A stretch of 63,553 nucleotides of DNA, the filler included, from Sphacelaria rigidula (taxonomy: Eukaryota), in the NCBI GenBank assembly GCA_964200075.2. It is 8 parts of 8 records of this genome, joined end to end, with 100 filler letters (N's around TTAATTAATTAA, not from the genome) between each part and the next. Parts side by side here need not be neighbours in the genome. Positions count along the whole stretch, not along the records: positions 7,958 to 15,814 come from CAXNAA020013208.1; positions 15,915 to 23,771 come from CAXNAA020013209.1; positions 23,872 to 31,728 come from CAXNAA020013210.1; 5 more parts are not named here. One strand, given 5' to 3'. A program made the translations under genes and the position numbers. The notes beneath the pieces were generated by a model. The model was given only the letters and a program-made list of their open reading frames with translations, was not told the DNA's origin and ran no database searches. Below are positions 12,173-24,886 of the stretch, piece after piece. The number at the start of each line of letters is the position of its first letter. Within the stretch, counting starts at the first letter, position 1.

Positions 12173-14099
12173 TAGGGTCTAGCTAAACCTAGGACCTAGC
12201 CGCTCAGGCATGCCTTCGTTTTTGCCTCAGGCCGCTCGCTTATTATAGCAGACAAAAATAAATGCCTGGAAAAGTGTTTTTTTGGAGCTTTGACGTCGTT
12301 TTACGCCTGAACAGAGAGCTGGGCGGTGTTTGACGCCTTGGAATGATTTGCTCTACTTATTGAGGCGGTTCCAGGATATTTTCCCGTTTCTCGGTGGCCG
12401 CAGTTCTTATTTGGGGTCGCCTGAGAGGGGGGTCTTGTGCCTTTGATACCTTACTTCTCTAAGGCAAGTCCAGGGATCACGAAATAGGTCCTGAGGCAAG
12501 GGTAAACCAACGCCAACTTCATGTTTTCAGGGGTGCGGGGCGATCGCGGGCACTATCTGTAAGCTAGTAGTCGAGTATATCCCGCTTGCGGATCGCGGAC
12601 CCCTTTTCAAATTTGAATTACCGCAGTCACCGCGCCATCGCGCGCGAGCTGTCGAGCGGCGGTGTACACCGCACAAGAAAACCTCGTGCGATATGTTTTT
12701 TTACTCTTGTGATGTATATAACTACTAGGGTTATTCCCTTGGAAATTTGTGTCACTCTGATCATTTTCTCCGGAAAAAAGCAACACGTGCGAACTGTTTT
12801 GTTCTGGTTTTTTCCTCGGCGGAGCTCTTCCTGCGATTTCTGCTGCTTATAGATCATTTCATTCATTTTCTGCAAGTCTCTAGCGTCTGGCTCTCCGATG
12901 TAGATCACAGTGGAGTAGGGGGTGGAAGAGGAGGGAGGGGTGCGATTGGGTTCGGTCCCAAGATTGATTGATTGATTGATTATCTCACATTAGCTGATTG
13001 CAACAATCCAGCCCGTGGTCAGGATCAGCAAAGATGAAACAGAATAATAAAAAACAGAAACAAAAGAAGAAAGGGAGGAACAGAGAAAACAGCAGAAGCA
13101 AGGGCCTCAGAGTGGAAAGAAAAGGAGGCAGCGATGACAACGACAAAAAAAAAGACCACCACCATCACCACCATCAAACAACCAGAACAAACAACAGCAG
13201 CAGTAACGACAAAATAACGACAACACAAACACAAACACAAGCACGAACAGCAGCAAAAAAAAGATGATGATCGCGCATTACGTAGCTGACTGCAACAATC
13301 CAGCTCGTGATCAGAACAAAAATAGAGACATGAGAAAAAATGATATGAACAAGGAGTGTACAGAAAATAAAATAAAAGAATAACAGAGCGTAAAAAAAGG
13401 AATAAAATACACAAGAAAACAAGAAGTCAGAGCCAGGCTCGTTCCGGCGGCGGGGAGGAAAGGGGGGGGGGGAGGGGGCATAGACGAGACAAAAACAACA
13501 ACAGACAAAAAAAAGAGCATCGAGGTCGTGAGGGTCGACGTGGGGAAGGATACTATGGAGTATCTTTTTTTAGGCAATATTGGTGGAGGAAAATATTCTT
13601 TTTGAGGCACTAAACGCTAACTAACACCATCACCTCTTCACAATCACCGGGGCATGTACCAATGTGCGAAAATACCAAAAATATGCCACTGGGGTATGTA
13701 CGTGCCTCGTTAGCACAGGCTGTAGAGTTTACCGGCGTTGGGCGACAACATGCGTCCTACTTGAGTTGAGTATGTACAACGAGAATCCAAACCTTTGGTG
13801 GGGCTGATGCGTTGGGTTGGGGTTAGAGGTAGTGATAGTTGAAATAAGTGTCAACCATTTTCAATTGTCGCCCAACGACGGTAAACTAACCTCCGCATAG
13901 GACACGGTTCACCTGGGGCTTGTTGAGGGTGCGCAAACAGCAACACAGATCTAACGCACGTCTGAGGCAAATCTAAGACACGGTGCCTAAGTCATGCATA
14001 AAATTTGGTCTAAGGCATGTGCCTTAGTTTTTGCCTTACCCCCATATTTTGTGCCTAAAATGCCTTTAAAAAGAATGCCTGAGGCCTAGCTAAACCCTA
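12173..14099. mobile_element. Non-autonomous TIR element, hAT-like termini
   Basis: Ends TAGGGTCTAGCTA / TAGCTAAACCCTA with CTCAGGCAT / ATGCCTGAG and clustered subterminal GCCT(A/T/C) motifs at both ends; no TSD seen. Confidence 0.5.
13726..13887. mobile_element. Small MITE nested in the 12173-14099 element
   Basis: TIR AGTTTACCGGCGTTGGGCGACAA / TTGTCGCCCAACGACGGTAAACT (1 mismatch). Confidence 0.7.
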
Positions 14100-14658
14100 C
14101 CCCACGTTTGTCGTTTATCCGTAGGTCTTGTTTTGTTTTTCCGGAACTCACTATTGGTGGTCATTACACGTGGGGTAGGAGCCGGTTCGCCGGATAATTT
14201 CCAGTACCATCTAGACTTCCTCAACGTGGAGTATGGCAGTATCATCGCATCATTCCACAATGTCGAGAGATGATTGAATCCTACCGCCCTGCAAGTGTCA
14301 AAGGATCCAGCAGAGTTTAATCCCCGACGGCGAAAATGTCGAAAAGGATCTGCCAGTGTCGAGTAGCATAATTTTTGGGGGACTGTCCGTGGACTTCGAT
14401 AGCTGTCTAACACAGCATCCACTGTCTGCATCAGTCTAGCAACCACTGATGCGCACCCATAGCAACATGTACCATCGTTTTGTCAGAGAAATTTATGATT
14501 TATCCTCTTCAGGTTATCAAACCTATATAGCTTGTTCAGCGCGAAGTATCGCGCACGCGTTGAGGTGTTGCCAGAAGATCCTGGACAACGAATCTTGCAC
14601 AGGTCGGACGAGTCATTACTCGTCTAGACGAGTGCACTCGTGGGTGTTTTTCCAAAAC

Positions 14659-14915
14659 ACAACGAGCATGACTCGTGTGCTCGAGTCATTACTTTTTTCT
14701 ACAACGAGCAATGACTCGAGTGCTCGCCCTTTTACTTTTTTCACAACGAGCAATGACTCGAGTGCTCGCCCTTGTTATTTTTCCACAACGAGTAATGACT
14801 CGAGTGCTCGCCCTATTCATTTTTTCACAACGAGCAATGACTCGAGTGCTCGCCCTATTAACTTTTTCCCCAACGAGCAATGACTCGAGTGCTCGTGCTC
14901 GAGTCATTTACTTTT
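14659..14915. repeat. 42-bp minisatellite, 6 units, palindromic core
   Basis: Units start at about 14659, 14701, 14743, 14785, 14827 and 14869; consensus ACAACGAGCAATGACTCGAGTGCTCGCCCT plus a T-rich linker. Confidence 0.95.
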
Positions 14916-15814
14916 TCATATGGTATGAGTCGCTTGCTTGTGTCTTTTCTGGACAACCCAAGGACCAATCATCAATCACTGAAGTAATGGACGAGTGTGG
15001 CACGAGACATGGTGGGAGCCTAGTGAACCAATGGTAGGATTTGGTAATATCGTGACCACTACAAATCGTACTACCCCCTTTGGATGGTATGCTTGTGGCC
15101 CTCTTCTCCACCATCGTGTGTTTGCGGTAGGTGTCAATTTGTGTCATTTTCAAGTGAAATGATCAGTAAGGCCCCTGCAGCATCCTTTTTACGAAAAATA
15201 GCATAAATGGACACCTCCCGCAAACACACCATTGTGGGGAAATAGAACTCAAGCCGAGTACGTACCCCTTTTCAAATCGATAATTGCTCTGCAAGAAAAA
15301 TGGTGGCGCAGAGACCTACCTGAACGAGACAACCGTGGCTCCGTCGGCCACAACACCATTCAGTAAAATAACCACCGACGGACTGTCAAGGTGTCTACAT
15401 CTCTTAGCTTCTTCTACATCCGCCCCGGCCCCTAGGGTGTCCGCCCCTGACGGAACTACATTTCTCTCGTCTTCGCCTCCCGCGACGATGGATACATTTA
15501 AGTCATCGAGTTCCGCCAGTCGCGCAGGCGAGTACTTGAACACCTGTGTTTGCGGCTGACACATGTACATGTGCAGGTATGCAGATGAACTTGGAGATTC
15601 TTTGTTCAAAATCGTCGAAGAACTCATCATCATTACTCGCTCGTCGGATTGCCGACTCTTCATTCAAGTCGTTCATCACGAGCAATGCTTCTCCTTCGCC
15701 TCCGGCCTCGGCCCGAGCGCTGAGGCCGGTTCGGGCTGCCTGACGGCAGCGGCCCAAGGAAAGAGGCAGCAACTTGGCTAGTACGGAGTATCTGTGATAT
15801 CTACTGTCAATCTA

Positions 15815-15914
15815 NNNNNNNNNNNNNNNNNNNNNNNNNNNNNNNNNNNNNNNNNNNNTTAATTAATTAANNNNNNNNNNNNNNNNNNNNNNNNNNNNNN
15901 NNNNNNNNNNNNNN
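15815..15914. other. Artificial contig-joining spacer
   Basis: N44-TTAATTAATTAA-N44. Confidence 0.99.
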
Positions 15915-16530
15915 GTTTCGCAGTAGTCGCTGAGGCGGTTGGCCACTATCTTCAGGAGCACTTTCCCTGCGTGCGATACCAGAGAGATACAGTTGGACCG
16001 GTCCGATTTCTTGTACAGCACCTTGATGGTTGCATCTTTCCACTCCTGCGGGACCTTCCCTCCGTTCCACACCTCGACGAGAATGGTATGGAAGCGTTCG
16101 AGGACGATGGGCTCGACGCGGCCGTCGATCTTGAGTAGCTCCACAGGGAGGGAGTCGTGTCCTGGCGCTTTCCAGTTGTGCATCCCCCGGACTGCTCGTC
16201 TGGTTTCCTCTAGTGTTGTTGCTGCCCCGAGCGGTACTGAATCCCCGGTGGTTGATGCTGCTCGTCGCTGCTTCACCTCCTCGATTATGGCTGGATTCAG
16301 CGTGGGCGATTTGGCGTTGAGCAGGGTGCGGAATAATCTCGCCCACCGTTCAAGGATGGTAATTTCTTCCTCAGTAGGACGCCGTTCTCGTCCTTGATGA
16401 ACTGCTGCCCCCTGGATTGCCTTCCACCAAGACCCACCGATCTCTTGAGGTGTTTACAGGCCTCTCATGTCACGATCCTTGTAGATCGCTTCTAGCCTTG
16501 CCACATACCTCTCCAGATCAATATGGAGGC
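15915..16530 (-). mobile_element. LINE (RTE-like) ORF2 fragment, N-terminal RT region
   Basis: [14 protein letters not shown]...[41 protein letters not shown] corresponds to non-LTR RT domains 0-1; runs off the contig. Confidence 0.92.
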
Positions 16531-19500
16531 GGTATTTTCGGAGATTAGGCGCCCCAACACAGTACACCAGGCGTCTGATGATACTGAAACTTGAAGTATG
16601 TGTGGACTGAAGCCGCAGGTAGGTGTTGACGCAGCAGTTTCGGCGACCCAAGGCGTCTTGTGCGCTGCGTGGCTTGAAAGGATGACTGTGCACGATGCTG
16701 CAGTGATTCCGAAAACAATAACACTTTCTGATTGCAATTCCAGAGGGTAACGATATGAAATCGGCACGGAGGCAGGAGTAGATCTTGCCATCCTTGTCGT
16801 TTACATCGGCGCCCTGTTGGTCGAGGCCGGCACCAAGGCCGCAAGCAACCACCAGTTAAGGTTCTCCATATTGTTAGAGGCAGATCCCCTTGAGTTTTAT
16901 ACGCCGTGCCGAGCAAGACGCGGCCGCACAACGCAGCCGAAGAGATGCGTGTCTTCTGTCAAGGACCACCGCGAACCTTCTCGGGCAGGGGGCAACGTTT
17001 CCTCCCTCACAGTGCCAGACTTGGCGTGTCCGTTACCGCGATGGTCTGAAAATGACAGGGGCAGTTACTGTAGGTTTCTTCTATCAGGATCAACCAGATT
17101 TTCCGTGGTGTGCTCCCACGTGAAGATATTACCTTTCTCTGGCAGGCGCGTGATCGCTCTTGTGCAAAGTTTTCGCTTGGTTCCAGACTGAAACAGAGTG
17201 CTACTTGCAATTTGTTTTTTTCTCACGAATGGATCGCGGGTATTCTAGCCCAGTAGAGGCGTGGCTTGTATCGTACAGTCAGTACTACAGTACGGTACTC
17301 GTTGTACCGGCACTTGGAACACACAGTACTAACTTCGTCGGGTATTACCGTGCGCGGATACATATCGTGCAATAAACGCTTTCCACATTCGCAGTGCTAT
17401 GCATCCTTTCCAATCCGGCTGTCAAACGCGCGAAAGCTGGTCTGTAGCGCCAGGTATCCGTGCTGATGTGGAGACCTCTCTTCCAAGGACGTCTGCCCCT
17501 TTAGTCTCACCATATTTCAGGCCGTAGAGTATGACCGTCTCCAATTGATGCCGCGGATAATGAATCATTTCAGTACAATGCCTCCGTAATATTGAAAAGA
17601 AACAACACTGCTACTGGTTGAGACCGTTCCTGGGCAACTGTTTGTTTCCCGCCGGCCGGTAGTTTTTTTGTGTCATCAAAAATGCAAGTTTGGCCAAGAA
17701 CAACGTTGCGGCCAGCGGGAAACGCAAAGTTGCCGTGGAACGTTCGCAACGAGTAGAGCAAGCCATTCCAAGGTGTCAGTATCCGCCTGGCCCTCATTTC
17801 GGGAGAAAAGCGGCGGCGAAGGGCCCAAAAGGCAGTTTTCAACCGTTTTTTTTTTTTTTTCCAAACCCATGAGAAGTGGTCTGAGTTCTGGACGAACGGA
17901 CCTCAAACGGCTCACTGAAAACAAGGAAAAACTTGGACTGGTGTCCATCTTTTACATCGGCATCATCTTCCCTAGAAAACTGACCGGTGCACCCACGCGT
18001 CCATCCATTCCGGGGCCCGGAAAGGGTCCATCGCACCACGTTACATAATTAGGGGTTGGGGCCACAAAAAACGCGGTATGCTGTAACTGGTAGTGCTCAC
18101 GTCGTGAGGTTGTTCAGCTTAAGCTTGAGGGTTGATCGTGTTGAAGGTCAGCCAGCGATATTGTTTCGACAGGCGGCTTGCGCCCGAAGTGTTGAGAACC
18201 CACCGCGGCGCGCAGTTGTTAGTGCTTCACTGATTGATTGGTTGGCTGGTTGATCGTCGCACTTTATCTGACCCCCCAGGGGCCCAGCCGTGGTCGCACG
18301 ATAGACGTGACCTACCCAAGAAAAGCGAAACTGAAACACTCGCTGAAGAAAAGAAAGAACAGAAGAAAAGTCGACCAGAACGACAGAGTAGACGAAGACG
18401 TGAAGAAAATAAATAATGAAAAAGTCAACGAACGCGAAGCACAGGAAGAGATGGACGACCCAAAGCAACAAAAGGGGGGGGTGGGGGGGGAGGCGGAGGA
18501 GCAAAAGTACTGAACACGGTTTTTTGCCGATAGTTACTGTATTGGATGTACGGTGTTGTTGGCGATGAGAGATATTTCGAAGAAATATCTCCGCATTCCT
18601 TTTGCCGATGCCACGGCTCAATGTCACTGGCACTGTAATTATGTAACCATGTCGTTTTTTCGTTCGTAGCGTCGGCGTACCCCCGCGTTTCTCGATGATT
18701 TTACCTATTATCTACAGCCCGTGCGATGTCGCGGAACATGGCGCAGTACGACGCAGTACATATCCAGCACAGTGGCTACGGTAGGGGTTATTAACGTAGC
18801 CGTAGTCAGAGACTCGGAGTAATTCGAGAGTTGTCGCCAACATCTCGGGTGAACAAACGTTCTGCAGGGGCGGGCGAGGAGGGGGGTAGTTCAACAGGCG
18901 AGGTACTCTGCCACATAGGTACCAGTTGTGAAGGTTGCGTCCTGTACTGTGCACACGGTGCGATCTGGACGAAAGTGGTATTGGTGTACACTTTCGAGTG
19001 TAACACGACACTGTTTGCATAACTTTTCAGAGCCTGCGCAGAGAGAATCACAACAATGTTCTCATGGACCAGGTTTTGGCAAAGAAATTCGATATTCAAT
19101 CAAGACAGCATTCTGATTCAGAAGTCAGCACTGCGTTGACGATCATGTGCGTATTTAGGTCTTAGTGCGGGACAGCGCAAGATATTCGCGAAGGGGCTGA
19201 AGACCAACGGAGCCCTCGTACTGGATTATGGAAATACCGGAGATGGAAGCGCTTCTCCTAAGCCCAGTCTTCCAAACGCTGCTCAGCTTCTCATGTCCGC
19301 CGCGAGGACGAACAATGGTATGCTCGCTTTTCCATTGCACGACAACGACAAGATATAGATAAGATAGGGTACAGTAGTGTACTATTTGACTGTAAAAGGG
19401 GTAAGCCTACCTCGTCGGTGAGCAAGTCGCGTGATGATGCTGTATACAGATATTCAGCGGTACTTGGGGGACTGGAGGTCTAACGCCACACACGCTATAT

Positions 19501-20909
19501 AAACCATGATGCCCCGTGGTCTTGTTTTTACTCATCTTGTCCAGGGGCACCTACCGCATCCACGCGTTTGGGTCTGCGCATAAATATCGGACCACTCCTA
19601 GATCCGCGGCGTAAAATTCTTGCTTATGGGAAAGTTGGCGACCAAACAGCTCTTGGGGTATTGTTTCCTGGACAGCAAATATTGGTGATAATATTGTATG
19701 GCAGTTGGGCCAAAGCTCCACCCGAAGACTGCCAACCTCCGTGCCCCTTCTCTACGTTTGCGTAGCACTTCTTTCGCCTCTTCCTTCACCTCATTGCCTC
19801 GCCTCGTTTTTTTTTCAGGAGGCAGCAAACGGAAACGCCACGAAAAAGAGAGCAATCCCAAAGGTGCTGAAAACGGGGTCACGACGAAGAATGGCGTGGC
19901 AGCCCCTACGCACGTAATTTGTAGCCGGGAAGCTTTTGCGGCGGGGAAGGTTTCCAAAGATATGGACCAGATACTTTCCAAGTACCCTCTGTCGAAGGGA
20001 GGTGGATCGGTGAAGGTACGCCCCAAATCTGTCAACAAGTCAATGCTCAGCGCCTATCCGCGTCAATCCCTTAATCGTACAGGCTGCAAGGAGGCCAGGT
20101 TCGTAGTACTTGTTATTGGTGGAAGGAGGACACTTGCATAGGAAAAGACGCTGCCGCGCGCATGTCTCGAGCCTTCGTTGTTCGTGCATAACTCACGGGC
20201 ATCAGCCCATTGTTTGGCCTTCACGGTACGACGTAGCAGTGTCGGAAATCGCGGCAGCAGAAGATGAGTTTTGTGCATGCACGATTGTTCCGCGCCACAT
20301 GGCAGAATGACGCATCAACGAAAGAAAATACCCTGGACTCCGTCAACCGCAACAAGAGGCTGCGGCTGAATATGACTATTGGCTGGAAGATTCGGTTCGT
20401 GCAGCCTGTGCAAACCGCCCCCGCCCTTCTAACGTGCGTCCCCGCCGTAGATCCTCCACGGGGAATCAGCGATCAAGAGGCTTCACCTGTCGTTTTGGTG
20501 TAGTGAAACCTTTCACTTTTAGGTTAGACGTGCATTGAATAGGGTTGGGTTAGGATCGGTATTCTGTTCAACGGTAGTGTCGCGGCACTTTTGGAGAAGC
20601 ATCCCTTATCAAATGGAGGAGAGGGCTTCGTGAACAAGTCCACTATCGTATACGCTAGATGGTACAGTCGGTTTAGCTTCCACTCCGATCTTATCACCAA
20701 GAAGGTTTGCTACTAGCTTTGCACGCAAGCCGTCATTGCCCGTAGTGAGTAGCGGGCTCCACAGCTCTTTTCATGACTACATCACACGTGAAACGCGGGG
20801 TCAACAACGGTGAAGGACTTCTTCATGCGGGAAGCTTGATAGGAAATACAGTCACGGGTCCTTCCCGCTGTGAAGATTCCGGTTCTAGGAAGCCCCATGC
20901 CCTCTCCCT

Positions 20910-23390
20910 ACCTCTGTGCTGGGGATATTTCTCGGGGTATCGTGCGGGGACATGGCTGTACACGAGGCACGGAGAAGCTCGTATACGGTGGTACATTTTA
21001 CATCAGTACGAAGAACCATGGTCGTTGCAAGGTCAATATTTGGCTGTGATGTTCTTGTGTGTGGTGCAGTGTTGCCAAAATACAACGCCTTGGAAGGCAC
21101 ACTGAGATGCGCACGACGAAGGTGGAAGGAGCATGTGATACCTACGGAGAGCTGAGAAATTCAGTTGTCCAATGAATGTACGTCCTGCGTTCTGCGATTA
21201 CGGGCCAGCCTCTGCATGAGTGAAAAATAGCACCGTAAAGATTGTCCTCGCTCATGAGTTTGCACTGAGCCGAGCTTTATTAATCGGTACGCTCCCGCTC
21301 CCTTGAAAAGCCTCGAACACGATTTTTTTTTGTCCTGTCAGGTTTCTGTTACATTGTTCGGAGTTTTGGTCGTTCGATCATTTAAAACAAGATTATATAG
21401 TTGCTGCAGATACATGGTATAATGTCGGTTGGAAAGACGTCGGGACGACTCTATGTTGCCTAATGTTGGGTTCAGCCCCATGACATTATTATTTTCCTCC
21501 TCTGTGCCAGGAGTAAAGTCTTCCGCGTTTACAAGGACCCTTTACCGTGTCCCGAACAGGTACCGTTTCTGCCAGATTCAGGTGTAGTGCGGTGTTTAGG
21601 TATAGGTTCCGGAGAACAGACGAAATCCCCAGATATATCTGTTGTTTTCCCCTTCACGGCGAGGTGTTGCACGATTTTGCCGATCGTATGTCCGTATTTA
21701 TAAGCATCTTTATCGCTATACATCCTGTACCTGTTTCTGGTCCAAACCTGGAGCTGTAGTTTGCCTCTTTCATTATTTGACTCTTCTCGTTCGTGCGGTG
21801 AGCTCCCACACTATCGCCAGAAACCGCTCTCAGTATTTGCGGAGAAAATGAGCAGTCTCTTCCGTGAATAACTCGAAGAATCTCCGCAATTGCTCATCTC
21901 CTCGTCCACCCATTTTGTCTTCGATCTCAGCCATTTTGGGCCTGAGTTGTTGCACGAGTTTCGATCTTCTGAGTACGTCGGTGACGAAGAGCTCGAAGGT
22001 TTCGTTCGCACTCCATAATTCACTTACTGTGAATGCAGACTTGAAACACCCTGCAGGGGGAGTGTTCCTCATGAAGATGATCCGCAAGTGGCACATATTA
22101 ACAGCCCAGGTGGACCCGCGGTATGGCCACACCTGGTGAACGTCCCATATGTAGGTCTCCGAAGTGTTGAATGATCCATATTGCAAACGATTTCGCGTCG
22201 CTAGGAAACGTTGATGGGTAACAGGTGATATCGATCGCCTTTACGATACGCAAAGTTGGGGGAAGGGCGGGGGGGGCGTACTCATTTGTTGCTTCCTTGG
22301 TCGTTTGACCGTTGACCACGCATCCCTTTCGAGACGGAGCACTGTTCCTACTCCTAGCAGAGACACGTTCAACATTCTGGCGCTCATCACGTTTCTTCCA
22401 TACATTACACAAAAACCTTTTATATACCTTATCCCCGTCCTGTTTCGCCGTCTGTGGCCACCATCTATCTCCTTGTATAGCCATCGTTTTCTCCCTACTA
22501 TCTGATGCATCGAACGATTTCATACCACCTTTGTTCACGTCCCGCATTTTCCCCTAGCACCCGGGAAAAGGGGAGGGGTTGAAATTGTGGCTGGGAAGTA
22601 AGCGATTGGTGGGTCTATATCAAATACAAGTGTTTTCAGAAACAAAGCATGCCTGAATGTAGGTCAACGTGCTCGATTTCGATGGGCGCCGTGTATTGGA
22701 ACTATCTATAGGCGCTTCTGGTGTACCGGAACAAAACTTTCCTCATGTAGTTCCATTACCTTTCATGGATATACTTTGTGTAGGTCCGCGTACCGCGCCA
22801 AGAATAGATTTGTAGTTTTGTGACGGAAATTACATAGCGCATAACGCGTTTACCGCGACCGCATGAAATCATGAGCACTACGCTTGCGTACAAGCCACTC
22901 CGAAAAAGAAAAAACAGAAATTGATTTGCGATTCAACCCCTGGTCGAGGGCCACCTTCCGCGGGCATCGCTTTTTTCGGAGATAATGCTGTGAGTCATCT
23001 AATCGTAATCGCACGAGAACTATACACAGTGGTATTATCACAATTTACAAAGCTTTCAATGTTATTTCCCCCTTTGTAAATTCGTGGCGCGACCACCTGT
23101 GATATATACCCATACATACGGGCAGCAGCATTTGGATGTTATTGCCCACTTTGTACATGCGTGCACCGCTCGAACCTTTACACGTGAGCCGATGTTGACA
23201 TTTCGAGCTTCGCGTGTTAGTCTCAGCGTTTCCGTCATGTTCCACACGTAGCATGCGAAAAGTGTACTTCGTCCCTGTTGCCCCTTTCCTGCCCCACGGG
23301 TATACCTTGGCTGCGGCCTTCGAGTTTGGGCGGGCGAATGTTGCCTTGGTTCTCGTTTCTATCTTGTGTGGATAGTCCTTGTACCAGGGG
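20910..23390 (-). pseudogene. Decayed multi-exon gene of unknown product, interrupted by a LINE fragment
   Basis: Series of exon-like open segments (23045-23390, 21790-22250, 21529-21750, 20910-21100) with some AG/GT boundaries, frameshifts and stops. Confidence 0.3.
22269..22560 (-). mobile_element. 5'-truncated LINE 3' fragment
   Basis: Encodes ...SREKTMAIQGDRWWPQTAKQDGDK..., homologous to about 58885-59196; ends in oligo-C. Confidence 0.92.
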
Positions 23391-23771
23391 TGCACCAATA
23401 TGTATATATATATATATGTATATAGGGTTTTTTCTGTTTATGGTTGTTTGTTTGTTTTTTTGTTTTAGGGCAAGGGGAAGACAATATCCAAAACATCGGG
23501 ACACATACTGCAGATACGGAATATGCATCGAAGGAAAAGTCATGTCGCATGAAATGATGGCCGGGAGAATGTGCATCTAATTCGTGTCGCATGAATAACG
23601 GATGGGAGAAAGAAACAATGTTATCTTTATTCATGCGTATGAGTGAAAGGTGGGAAATACTATATACACGCGCAGTTCATGCCGTATGACCGACATGTGG
23701 GAATGATGCACGGTTAGGACAAATCATCACGACTCAAAATCACCAAATTCACGATTTCTTCGGCCTGATTG

Positions 23772-23871
23772 NNNNNNNNNNNNNNNNNNNNNNNNNNNNN
23801 NNNNNNNNNNNNNNNTTAATTAATTAANNNNNNNNNNNNNNNNNNNNNNNNNNNNNNNNNNNNNNNNNNNN
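23772..23871. other. Artificial contig-joining spacer
   Basis: N44-TTAATTAATTAA-N44. Confidence 0.99.
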
Positions 23872-23895
23872 AAACACTGTTATCCCACCTTGGTT

Positions 23896-23925
23896 GGGGG
23901 GGGGGGGGGTATCGTAGAAAGTGTC
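23896..23925. mobile_element. Right TIR of the 590-838 MITE family
   Basis: G-run-TATCGTAGAAAGTGTC matches the TIR at 815-838; lies near the contig start. Confidence 0.65.
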
Positions 23926-24407
23926 TAGTACTGTCCTGCCTGTTAATCAAAGGAGGGCGGTAGCGTAAGGGTGGCTACCGCTTACAGCACTAACCGAAAT
24001 ACTAAACAAGAAACACCAGTCAGCGGAGGATTCACCAGCTCAAATCATAAGGCCTTGGTGTCTTTTTTCTACCTTCACAGGTACTCTCAGGGTGCCTTAA
24101 ATAGTGTGGTGGCCCAGGGACCACCCAAACACTTCGAGGTCCGCTCGTTGTGGTTAGTTGGTGAAAGGGTTCGGCAGCGAAACGTTTCTCAGGATAGAAG
24201 GCGCGGAGCACGTGATCGCCCGCCCTCTCTGGCACATGTCCATCGTATTCTGACCTACAATAGCCCTTCACGTCCGATGAGAGCGATGGCAGTGCCCTCT
24301 TCTTAATATACAACCATGTACATCGCGGGAGCACCGTCGTTCGCGGACACCAGCCGATGCTTTGTTGATGCAACAGTTACTCCACAATACACTGGTATCA
24401 GTTCTTA

Positions 24408-24886
24408 GGCCGCTTCTTATAAACTGAAGAAAAAACTTTCTCTGAGAACGGTCCTTTTGAACCTTTCTATCGCGGATTATTGGCGGAATACGAGCCTCGG
24501 CGAATTTGTCCTCCTCGGGATGATTGGCGATATTTTTCACTAGGATTCTAGCGCACTTTTCCGATTGTTTTTACGCCCAGATTACTTTTGACAGGATTCT
24601 GAATTTTTTCAGTCGCCCCAAAAATCGTCGAGTTATCGGGAAAAAGACGTACTGTTTCCCGAAAACTCGAAGTTTCTGGTGGCGACTGAAAAAAACAGTA
24701 TCCGGCCAAAAGTAAAACTGGGCATACGAAAGATCGGACAAGCGCGCTGGAATCCTCGTGAAAAATATAGCAAACCCACCGAGGAGGCTCCGTCCGCCAA
24801 GGCCCGTATTCCGCCAATTATCCGTGATAAAAGGTTTAAAAGACCAGATCTCAGAGATAATGTTTTTCAGTCTATAAGAAGCGGCC
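24408..24886. mobile_element. PIF/Harbinger (Tourist-like) foldback MITE, 479 bp
   Basis: Whole element is an imperfect palindrome (arms about 235 bp); termini GGCCGCTTCTTATA / TATAAGAAGCGGCC; TTA TSD at 24405-24407 and 24887-24889. Confidence 0.9.

Noticed and set aside
12998-13610. K/N/H-rich and hydrophobic ORFs, also at 57531-58132 and 62132-62668
   Set aside because: Translations of purine/pyrimidine-skewed low-complexity non-coding DNA.
14659-14915. CRISPR-like array (constant ~30-bp palindromic repeat plus variable spacer)
   Set aside because: The spacers are only ~12 bp and homologous to each other; no cas genes; eukaryotic context.
18040-18647. 12-bp inverted repeat GTTACATAATTA / TAATTATGTAAC around an A-rich tract
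   Set aside because: Too short and no TSD; cannot be called an element.
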